From positions 124,001-188,000 of IMG/VR virus record IMGVR_UViG_3300044633_003049: 64,000 nucleotides of DNA, one strand, 5' to 3'. A program made the position numbers and the translations under genes. The notes below the pieces were generated by a model. It had not been told where the DNA came from. It searched no databases and saw only the letters and a program-made list of their open reading frames with translations. This document shows, one piece after another, positions 51,392 to 59,918 of this stretch (position 1 is its first letter; each line of letters opens with the position of its first letter).

Positions 51392-54300
51392 TATTTATAA
51401 AAATTTAAAGTGGTTCCAAGGTTATTTTTTGATGAGAATATTTTAAATATATCATCTGATTTTGTTAAATCTGAAACCTCACTAGATGGTGAAGTTTCAT
51501 ATTCTATTGGTGTTTCATTACTTCTAATAGGTGCAACATCAATTGTTAATGTTGTTTTATTATTTGTGTTAACAAATAAATCAAATTTTTCATAAAAATT
51601 TTGTGTGGTATATTGTAACAATTCATCACCAATCCAACGATTAACAAGTGGGTCCACAATATCTGATTTATGTCCAATTAGGAATACTTGTAATATTGAT
51701 TTAATATCTTCATTTGAAATTGTTGCAGATTCAAGATATACTGTGTTAAAATCAATTGATGAGTTAAATAATGAAGTAGTTTTTAAATCAAAACTTCTTA
51801 AATAATCAATAACTACATTGTAGTTTGATGTGAATCCTGATTGATTAAATCCCGTTAAAGGTGTTTTTACCAATGTTGTTTCAACAATTTTAGTGTCTCC
51901 TGAATATATTGCAATGTAGTTTAATTTATCTATTATTGATACAGTTTCATTTCTCGATGTTTCAACTTCTTTTATTGATTTTAATGTTGAAAATTCATCA
52001 ATAATGTCAGATACTATTTTATTAATAATAGGTTTAATTATATCTTCCGCCTCTTTTGATACATCCTCACCACCCATTTCAAACCCTAACATATCCATAA
52101 GTTCTTTAGTTGGTAATGTTGTGATTGAATATGTTAATGTGTTTTTAAATGCGTTAGAATAAAAAGATAAATTATTATTTCCACTATATTCTCCTAACAT
52201 ATTAATAACATCACCTTCTTCAATATTAATATTTAACTCATTAATTGTTCTATAATCTGGTGAGAAAAATAATCCAACTACTTTAGGACCATATTTTTCA
52301 TAAATTGATTCATATGTAGATTTATATTTTTTAGTATAGTTATCCGCTAATTTATATAATTCATTTATTAAGGTTGTGTATACTAATTTAGTACCACTAC
52401 CAACACCAATATATGTGCCTTGTACTATTTTATTCGGGTCCGTCGAAACTGATGGGGTTTTTGCTATGTCAATATTATTTAATGTTTGTAAAAATTCTTT
52501 TGTGAACTTTTCTCTATTCTCATATCCAATTCTACCATCAGTTGGTATTGACCTTTCATCATACATTTCTGTATTTGCAAAGAAATTAGACGATAACGCA
52601 TTTTGTAATTTTTCAACAGGTCTATCTAATCCTTGTCCTCCAATAAAATTAACTTGTAACTGAACGTTAGCAATCATTGGTTGTACACCAATACCTTCAG
52701 GATTAAAATCCCAAACACCTTCTTCATATGTTATATTAATGTCTTTAATAATAATTTTTGAATGGTAGAAATCACCAATTCTCAATACACAAATTGGTGG
52801 TGGTCCAAAGGTTGTGTTTCTTGCACCAATATCATTATTATCTGAAAGTCCTTTAATTGGTATGGTATCACCAGGTCTTAAACATTGTAATAAAAATGTT
52901 AATCTACTATTCAAACCTTCTGGTGTTGTTGAGTGAAAAGATGGGTGAAAATATTTTAATTTTTCTGTTAAAGATTTAAATGCTACCGGTGAGTCCTCCT
53001 CTAATTTTTTAAAATAAAAACACTCCGATAATGTTTTCATTATAATTCTTTTCATAACATCTATCGATGGTTTCTTTTTTGTAATGTCTACCGTATCCCT
53101 TGAAACTACTAATTTTAGAGGTGGAATGTTAATCTTTTGTACTGTTTTTTCACCCGCACTTTTTGTATATTTAATTTTTACTTTACCCTCTCTACAATAA
53201 AATGCCGTTGGTGAATATACCTTTAATAATGTATTTGTAAATGGTTTAGAACAATCAACATTTGTTTCTCCTCCAGCATTATCTAACACATAACTTTCAC
53301 CAAATGTACTAACATTAAATTTTATTTGTCCATCCACATCATAACCAAAATCTTTAAAACTTTTTGTAATTGGTAAAGTGTTAAATCGTAAACCATCCTT
53401 TACAAATGGGTCAAGTTTAAGTTGGTCGAACCAAACTAAACTTGGTGGGTTATTATTTTTAGTTATATAACCAATAATGTATTTTAGTAATGAATGTATT
53501 CTTCTTATACCTAAATAGAAATTTTTATTTTCATCTCCCGCTTCAGATGTTGTAGTTAAAATTTGAATTTCAGCATCTCCAACAATAGTTTTACCTGATA
53601 AAACCGTTTTTAAATCATCTAATTGTTTATTTAATTCGGTAAAATTTACACCTAACTCGGTGAATCCACTTGTTATTTTACCAGTTATTTCGGTGATAAC
53701 ACTTGGAGTTGATGTTGATCCGGTACTTCCTATTAGTAAAAGTTTATCTGATGAATTTAACGAACTATTCATTGCTGTCGTTAAATTAGTGACACATGTA
53801 CCTGACGTTCCACTATAAGATGTGATTTGTGAACCGTAATCTCCATCTGAAATTGTTAATGAATTTCCTTGTTTACTTGGTATGTCATTTTCAAAATAAA
53901 ATGAATTTTTTATATTATACTCTATATTTGTAAATTTATTATTATCAGTATCTCCATTGTCGGCTGGTAATGGTTCACTGGTAAATTTAATATTAGTTAT
54001 TGCCTGTTTTTCAATTCCAGCATTAAGATATTGTTGGATTAAATCTCTATCGTTTTGGTCTAAAGTGGTGTATGTTTGTATTAAAGAATAGAAGTCAACA
54101 TCTTGTGCACCAGCGAAAAACGCATTTATATAGTTATCTGATTCTTCATCTGACATTCCTTTGAAATGTTCTCTAACCAATAAATTCATAATACTTGGGT
54201 GGTCAACAACTACTTTAAATGAAACTTGTCCGGTTCTTTCGGTATTTTGATATGTGTAAATCGGTTCGGGTCTTCCAATAAAAGAATTCTTTTCCCAACT

Positions 54301-56151
54301 TGCACTATTTTGTTCTGACATTTTTAAATCATATGGTGGAAACCACATGACTCTTCCTCCGTTATTACCTCTTTCACATGCTGGTAAATCGCTAACTTGA
54401 AATCCTTTTAAATTAGATGTTTTCCATGCTAAATTCTCAATTGATAACATATATTTTTTAGCGTAGAAATCACCATTACCTATATTTTTTTCAACAATAT
54501 TTGTTGACGTATCAAATGATTTTTTACCATTAGACATCGGTGCCATATTCAAATTCCATGTGTCGTCTAATACACTTGAATTGAATCGTCTTATATTACC
54601 TCTTCTATATTTTCTTCCTGTTTGTTTGTATTTTTTTGTGTTAATATCTTTTTGATTTGTCGCCAATGGCATCGTATCAAAATTTGTCATATATGGTCTA
54701 TCTTTCGTCCAAACTCTAGCATATTCAACTCCACTTTCTTCTCCTGTAAATTTGTCCGTATACTTAACTGCAGAACCTCTCGATATTCTTGTGTCTCCAT
54801 CTTGGAAAACTCTACTTGTTTGGTCAATAACATTTGCAACATGTGAACGTGCTGCACCTCCATCTGAAGGCATTGAATCTAATAATTCTTGTGTAATTCC
54901 TAAAATTGAATCGGACCTAAATTTATAATTAATTGATGTACTACCAGTAAATAATGAAGCTTGATAGCTATCGTTATTAGCACCTAATTTATTTTTGGAG
55001 TTTTTACTAATCCAAGATAACTTACCGCCGATTGACCCTCCCTCTGTAATATTTTTATTTGTGTGAAATAATTCAGCTGACACTTTATCAAACATTAACG
55101 TTAAAAAATAGTTACTCTTTACGGGTCTATCATTAAAATCGTTCATCTCATATTTTACATCCTCACCTCTATCATCTCCAATATATGCTTTTCCTGTAGG
55201 TGCCTCAACACCTAAAATATTTTTTACCCCTTGTGCAACTTTATCGACAAAATTAAAAATTTTAGATGTGTTTTGTGACCTTGCTGTTGTGGTATAATTT
55301 GGTGCATATGTGGAATATCGTAATAGGTCATATAACCTGTTTTTTTGACCACTTCCCATATGTTCAATCAAAAGGTCAGATGGTTTCCTTGACAACAATG
55401 GTCGTCTTTGTATTCCGATTAATGAACCTAATACGCCTGTTACGTCTTGATATAATGCACCTAATTGTGATGACGCTTGTGGTCTATAATTAATTGGGTT
55501 TCTTGGATTGCTTAAATAATCACCCGGTATTTGACTAAAGGGTAATTGTACTCCCGACACCGTTCTTAAAAAATCAACCGCTTGACCTGGTATACTTAAT
55601 GTATTATCAACCGTGATTGTGTAATTTGATTCAATTAATGGTTCTCTACCTGTTATTATGTTAACCGCGGTGGCTGTGTTACCATTAAGAGCATCCAATA
55701 TTCTCACACGACCATATGTATTTTTTTCTACATTTTGAGCTATTCTACTATAAACGGGTCCTTGTGGGTCATTTTTAATTAAACTAGTTGAAAACTTAAC
55801 TAATTCAGATTCAGTTTCATAATTTGAATTACTAATGATACCGAATAAACTTAAATCTGTTTGAACAAAACTTGGGTATAACTTTAAATTAACTGAACGA
55901 GGTAATGTGTTAATAACTTCACCAATAAAATATTCGTCAGGTTTATATATGTTTGAGTTTTTTGGTATTCTTAAATCACTACCTCTGTTGGTATCTACCT
56001 GACCTTGTAATAAATTAGGAATGTCACTTAGATTTTGTTCAATATATGAACTGTTTGTAAACGTTTGGGGTCCATTAGGTTGTTGTAAGGTCTTACCTAA
56101 TATATGGTTTCTAAACTGTTTTGTTGTGTTAAAATCTAAATAACTCGGCAT
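51391..56151 (-). CDS. Large baseplate/tube-initiator protein with a degenerate OmpA_C-like domain
   Basis: Tube-like segments (WEKNSFIGRPEPIYTYQNTER; PPICVLRIGDFYHSKIII...) flank FYFEND...NFYLGIRRIHSL...FGE...CR. Confidence 0.6.
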   Translation of the reverse strand: MPSYLDFNTTKQFRNHILGKTLQQPNGPQTFTNSSYIEQNLSDIPNLLQGQVDTNRGSDLRIPKNSNIYKPDEYFIGEVINTLPRSVNLKLYPSFVQTDLSLFGIISNSNYETESELVKFSTSLIKNDPQGPVYSRIAQNVEKNTYGRVRILDALNGNTATAVNIITGREPLIESNYTITVDNTLSIPGQAVDFLRTVSGVQLPFSQIPGDYLSNPRNPINYRPQASSQLGALYQDVTGVLGSLIGIQRRPLLSRKPSDLLIEHMGSGQKNRLYDLLRYSTYAPNYTTTARSQNTSKIFNFVDKVAQGVKNILGVEAPTGKAYIGDDRGEDVKYEMNDFNDRPVKSNYFLTLMFDKVSAELFHTNKNITEGGSIGGKLSWISKNSKNKLGANNDSYQASLFTGSTSINYKFRSDSILGITQELLDSMPSDGGAARSHVANVIDQTSRVFQDGDTRISRGSAVKYTDKFTGEESGVEYARVWTKDRPYMTNFDTMPLATNQKDINTKKYKQTGRKYRRGNIRRFNSSVLDDTWNLNMAPMSNGKKSFDTSTNIVEKNIGNGDFYAKKYMLSIENLAWKTSNLKGFQVSDLPACERGNNGGRVMWFPPYDLKMSEQNSASWEKNSFIGRPEPIYTYQNTERTGQVSFKVVVDHPSIMNLLVREHFKGMSDEESDNYINAFFAGAQDVDFYSLIQTYTTLDQNDRDLIQQYLNAGIEKQAITNIKFTSEPLPADNGDTDNNKFTNIEYNIKNSFYFENDIPSKQGNSLTISDGDYGSQITSYSGTSGTCVTNLTTAMNSSLNSSDKLLLIGSTGSTSTPSVITEITGKITSGFTELGVNFTELNKQLDDLKTVLSGKTIVGDAEIQILTTTSEAGDENKNFYLGIRRIHSLLKYIIGYITKNNNPPSLVWFDQLKLDPFVKDGLRFNTLPITKSFKDFGYDVDGQIKFNVSTFGESYVLDNAGGETNVDCSKPFTNTLLKVYSPTAFYCREGKVKIKYTKSAGEKTVQKINIPPLKLVVSRDTVDITKKKPSIDVMKRIIMKTLSECFYFKKLEEDSPVAFKSLTEKLKYFHPSFHSTTPEGLNSRLTFLLQCLRPGDTIPIKGLSDNNDIGARNTTFGPPPICVLRIGDFYHSKIIIKDINITYEEGVWDFNPEGIGVQPMIANVQLQVNFIGGQGLDRPVEKLQNALSSNFFANTEMYDERSIPTDGRIGYENREKFTKEFLQTLNNIDIAKTPSVSTDPNKIVQGTYIGVGSGTKLVYTTLINELYKLADNYTKKYKSTYESIYEKYGPKVVGLFFSPDYRTINELNINIEEGDVINMLGEYSGNNNLSFYSNAFKNTLTYSITTLPTKELMDMLGFEMGGEDVSKEAEDIIKPIINKIVSDIIDEFSTLKSIKEVETSRNETVSIIDKLNYIAIYSGDTKIVETTLVKTPLTGFNQSGFTSNYNVVIDYLRSFDLKTTSLFNSSIDFNTVYLESATISNEDIKSILQVFLIGHKSDIVDPLVNRWIGDELLQYTTQNFYEKFDLFVNTNNKTTLTIDVAPIRSNETPIEYETSPSSEVSDLTKSDDIFKIFSSKNNLGTTLNFYK

Positions 56152-56180
56152 TTTTTATTTTATTATAAATAGGTTTAATA

Positions 56181-58109
56181 CTATTTTTTATTGTTAGCGG
56201 CTAATTTTGGTGTGGTATAATCACTTTTATGTCCCCATTCAGTTATTGCTGTTGGGTTTTTCATAACTTCTTTATTAATACCGTCCATAATTGATGAAGT
56301 AATTAAATTATGATTTACTGTTAATGTTGAATTTTGCGGTGTGTTATTATCGCTAACTCCATTTTTCACTTTTTCAAATTCTTTATTAAGTGATTCTGTT
56401 ATTTTTTTAACCGTTGCATTTTGTGCTCCATATATTTCAGTTAAAACATTTAATTTTGTTATTTGTTCCTGAACTTGTGGTAAGTTTTTAAAATCTTCGA
56501 CGGCCGCCGCTATTCTTTCTTTATTATTATCATTAAATGGTCCCCTTTTTTCTTTTAAAAAAGTATCAGTATAATTTGATACATTTCTCATCGCATCAGC
56601 ACCAAGTTCATTTAAATTTAAACCTTTTTTTCCTGCCCCCATACTTACAGCCTCTATTTTTTGTAATGCCCACATTGATGCCAAATCTCTTTCTATGTTT
56701 TTAACTGATGTGACTTGGTCTCTAGCTATGTCTGCTGGACTCATGGCTTCAAATGCTTTTCTATTATCTTGTAATACTTCAATTTGTTTTTGTGTCAAAT
56801 CAGATAGCGCTATTTTACTTTTACCTTCAAAATCTTGTGATAATGTTTTAGGTATTTCAATTACCATTTTACCATTATCCATTTTAGATAAATTGGTAAT
56901 AAATTCTTTATCTTCTTCTTTGATACTAAAACCTTTAGCCATTAAATCATTTGATGCTGCTAATCTTTCTTGTGACGCAACGGCACCTCTAGTTAAACTT
57001 TCATATGAAATACCTAATTCATCCGCCATCGCCTTCGCTCTTCTAATATTAATACCTGTAATTTCAAATCTACCTTGTTTGTCATTATATGTTGCCAATG
57101 AACCTGAAGCCTTTATAATTGCATCTTGTAATCCCTCAACATTGTTAGTGGCCATGTACATCAACTTAAGAGGGTCATTAAAATCGCCAATTGCACCACC
57201 TAAAACTTGTAAATTAGCGGTTAATGCTATTGCCTTTTCAGGGTCCATTACTTTATCTGCAATGATGAAGGCATCACCAATATCCATTCTAAATTCTTTT
57301 GCCCTTCTTGACATAGTTGCTAAACCTTCAATACCCTCTTTAAATCCGTATTTATTTAACTTCTCAATATTTTCTCTAATATCCGTAATTGTTTTTTTAG
57401 CTACAAGTCCTAACGATAATGAATTCTTACCAGCCTGATTAATTGAATCAATAGCATTACCAGCACCAATTCCAACCTTTTCAAATTCGGTAAACGACTT
57501 ACCCATATCACCTAAACTACCCACAAATGCCCTTGCCGAATCAAAACTTTTTGTTAATGTTTCTGAAGAAATTAAATTAAATCTACCTGATGACTCCATC
57601 ATGTTGGTTACCAATTCAGTTACTTGTGCAATACCATATCCCATTCTAATCGCGGCGGGATACGAATCTATCATTTCTTTTCTTAAACCTTGAGATAATT
57701 CACCACTAATACCAATTTTTTCGTTTACTTCAGTTCTAACTTGATTTTCTAATTGTAGTTGTTGAAATATTTCATTACCAGCAACTTTTAAATCTTTAAA
57801 TAAATTTGCACCGTTCTTACTTAATGCACTTAATATGTCACCTGGAGTGGTAACCTCATCACCATATGTGTTAGATTGTGTAACATTAAACGCTGCAGTA
57901 AAACTAGTTGCTTTTTGTGCGTACGCAGTTTGAGATGAACCACTTGAAGTATTTTTACTATTTCCTGTAGATGTTGCGGAAACTCCTGCTAACGCAGTTA
58001 ATACTTGTGGTTGAGATGCCCCTTCTTTATCTAAATATTTTGATAACCCTTTAGGGTCATTTTTATATTTATTTACCGCATCCTTTACTTGTTGATCTGT
58101 TAGTGCCAT
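56181..58109 (-). CDS. Tape-measure-like protein
   Basis: Helical A/G/K/E-rich sequence (RAKAMADELGIS). Position after the tube and chaperone genes. Confidence 0.7.
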   Translation of the reverse strand: MALTDQQVKDAVNKYKNDPKGLSKYLDKEGASQPQVLTALAGVSATSTGNSKNTSSGSSQTAYAQKATSFTAAFNVTQSNTYGDEVTTPGDILSALSKNGANLFKDLKVAGNEIFQQLQLENQVRTEVNEKIGISGELSQGLRKEMIDSYPAAIRMGYGIAQVTELVTNMMESSGRFNLISSETLTKSFDSARAFVGSLGDMGKSFTEFEKVGIGAGNAIDSINQAGKNSLSLGLVAKKTITDIRENIEKLNKYGFKEGIEGLATMSRRAKEFRMDIGDAFIIADKVMDPEKAIALTANLQVLGGAIGDFNDPLKLMYMATNNVEGLQDAIIKASGSLATYNDKQGRFEITGINIRRAKAMADELGISYESLTRGAVASQERLAASNDLMAKGFSIKEEDKEFITNLSKMDNGKMVIEIPKTLSQDFEGKSKIALSDLTQKQIEVLQDNRKAFEAMSPADIARDQVTSVKNIERDLASMWALQKIEAVSMGAGKKGLNLNELGADAMRNVSNYTDTFLKEKRGPFNDNNKERIAAAVEDFKNLPQVQEQITKLNVLTEIYGAQNATVKKITESLNKEFEKVKNGVSDNNTPQNSTLTVNHNLITSSIMDGINKEVMKNPTAITEWGHKSDYTTPKLAANNKK

Positions 58110-58124
58110 ATACTAATAAATAGA

Positions 58125-58286
58125 TTAATTAGGATTTTCTAACTCTAATAAGAAGTTAATATAATATCTTCTAACATATATGGGCATAGATAGGATATCG
58201 CCATATGTAAACCCCTTTTTAATGAGGTATAAAATCTCGTCTAATTGATTTTTTTTATATTCCGTAGAAAGGTCGAAAAAACTCAA
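58125..58286 (-). CDS. Tail-assembly chaperone second ORF (gp51/gpT-like), no ATG start (not in the ORF track)
   Basis: +1 frame relative to 58255..59004: ...FDLSTEYKKNQLDEILYLIKKGFTYGDILSMPIYVRRYYINFLLELENPN*. Only TTG codons lie upstream in frame. Confidence 0.7.
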   Translation of the reverse strand: MSFFDLSTEYKKNQLDEILYLIKKGFTYGDILSMPIYVRRYYINFLLELENPN

Positions 58287-59004
58287 CCCCAAATCCAATG
58301 TCAATTTGGACTATATCTCCTGATGGGGTGGTTACTGTTTGGGTTAAATCTAACCCTGGTTTATTATCTTTGATAAATTTTCTAAATTCTTGTGAATCTT
58401 TAATCGGCATATTCTCAACAAAGTTCCTAATGTTCATTTGGTCTTTGTTACCTGCAACCGTTTTAATCATAAATTCAAGTTGTTTTGTAACAATTGGAGC
58501 CACCCCATTACCATTCCAACTTTCCTTTATATCTTCAATTTCCTTTTCTTGTTTTTGAGTTAAAAACTTGAAGGTGATATCTATTTTACTCTTTTCCATG
58601 TAATATTGATATTCACCATTACTATCTTCTTTCAAGTTAAAATCCTTCATCTTTAATTCAGATAAATCAATTTCAACCGTAAATTGTTCTTGTGTCTTTG
58701 AGTCAGTTGTGGTTAAGTTATATATTGAACCAAAACCTGTATTTCTTAAAAATATAAGAATGGCTTGTCTATCTTCATCCACAATATCATCTACTTGTAA
58801 ATCTTTATCCAAAACCTTTCTTCTTAAAAGTTCATTGATAACACCGTTATTCGCAATTAAGTTTGGAGCAGAAAGAATATTTTCATCTGCAGCAGTTAAA
58901 TAAGCAACTCTTACTGATTTCTTTTTACTTGGGTAATGTATACCTCTACTTGGTAGTTCTACTACGTCGTATGCAATTGTTGGGTCTATTTTATATTCGT
59001 CCAT
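58255..59004 (-). CDS. Tail/baseplate assembly chaperone (T4 gp26-like)
   Basis: VELPSRG, LTAADENIL, DRQAILIFLR, PGLDL, ending FGVEFFRP. Between the tube and tape-measure genes. Confidence 0.8.
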   Translation of the reverse strand: MDEYKIDPTIAYDVVELPSRGIHYPSKKKSVRVAYLTAADENILSAPNLIANNGVINELLRRKVLDKDLQVDDIVDEDRQAILIFLRNTGFGSIYNLTTTDSKTQEQFTVEIDLSELKMKDFNLKEDSNGEYQYYMEKSKIDITFKFLTQKQEKEIEDIKESWNGNGVAPIVTKQLEFMIKTVAGNKDQMNIRNFVENMPIKDSQEFRKFIKDNKPGLDLTQTVTTPSGDIVQIDIGFGVEFFRPFYGI

Positions 59005-59049
59005 AATATAAGTTTATACTATAACTATGATAAAGTAAAGTTTTTAAAT

Positions 59050-59084
59050 AAAAAAACCGATACCCATTTCTGGTATATCGGTTT
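59050..59084 (-). terminator. Intrinsic terminator after the tail tube gene
   Basis: AAACCGATATACCA-GAAA-TGGGTATCGGTTTTTTT on the minus strand. Confidence 0.75.
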
Positions 59085-59105
59085 CTCATATGAAAAATTA
59101 TTATA

Positions 59106-59594
59106 TTAATAAACTTGGATACAACGGTCCATTCTTAATGAAGCGTCAATTGTTGCCAAATCATCTCTTGAGTAATCTAAATCACCGAAGTTCAAACTTG
59201 TTAAGAAACAACCTTGTAAAATCCATTTTTCAACCACAACTCCCGTTGGGTCTAACATCTCCAATTCAATGTCTTTCTTATAACCCGCAGCATATCCCAT
59301 ACGACCTGTAACTGACTCCGCATGTAAACGGAACCATTCCATAAGTGCTTGAGAAGCAGAAGGACCAATTGGGTCTTTAAATTGAACTTTAATCTCTTCC
59401 CACTCAAATTGACCAGCAACATAAGTTTTTGTGTTCAAGAAAGGAATCTCAACTGATTTAATTTTAGCAGATGGTCTCGCTGTGGAGAATACATACCACT
59501 CATTTATTCCTAAAGATGATGGAAATCTTAGGATAAATCTATTTTTTCTTTTCGGTTCGTAAGGAACCGGCATTTTCATTAATAAATCTGCCAT
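59106..59594 (-). CDS. Tail tube protein (T4 gp19-like)
   Basis: EPKRKNRF, WEEI...DPI, YKKDI...LDPTG...W.LQGCF...FGDLDY. Follows the sheath gene. Confidence 0.9.
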   Translation of the reverse strand: MADLLMKMPVPYEPKRKNRFILRFPSSLGINEWYVFSTARPSAKIKSVEIPFLNTKTYVAGQFEWEEIKVQFKDPIGPSASQALMEWFRLHAESVTGRMGYAAGYKKDIELEMLDPTGVVVEKWILQGCFLTSLNFGDLDYSRDDLATIDASLRMDRCIQVY

Positions 59595-59726
59595 ATTGTA
59601 TTTGTTAAAGTTTTTAAGTTATTTACTTTCTTATAAATATATCTATATTGGAAAATAATTTTATTTTAAGTTTTTTATTGGAAATACTTGTTTATGTCAA
59701 TTATTTTTCGTAGTTTTTTACAGGCT

Positions 59727-59862
59727 CCAGTATCTAGTTCCAGTTTACTACTCTCCTTTAATAATTTAATATTTCAATAATAAATACTAGTATATCTAGT
59801 TCCAGTATTCTGGGTATAATATAATAGTATAATTGTTATATAATATGGTTCTACGTGGAGCA
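59727..59862. other. Non-coding direct repeats plus parS-like palindrome
   Basis: TATCTAGTTCCAGT at 59731-59744 and 59793-59806. GGTTCTACGTGGAGCA at 59847-59862 matches TGTTCCACGTGGAACA at 13/16. Confidence 0.45.
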
Positions 59863-59864
59863 TT

Positions 59865-59895
59865 AAAAAAGGGTACCATTTCTGATACCCTTCTT
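59865..59895 (-). terminator. Intrinsic terminator after the tail sheath gene
   Basis: AAGGGTATCA-GAAA-TGGTACCCTTTTTT on the minus strand. Confidence 0.75.
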
Positions 59896-59918
59896 ATTTT
59901 TATATATCTCCTTTTAGA

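Noticed and set aside
59090-59311. Other short plus-strand ORFs in the track (e.g. 59090, 35031, 56695, 6526, 9584)
   Set aside because: They lie antisense to well-supported genes or across a structured spacer and show no recognisable protein features.
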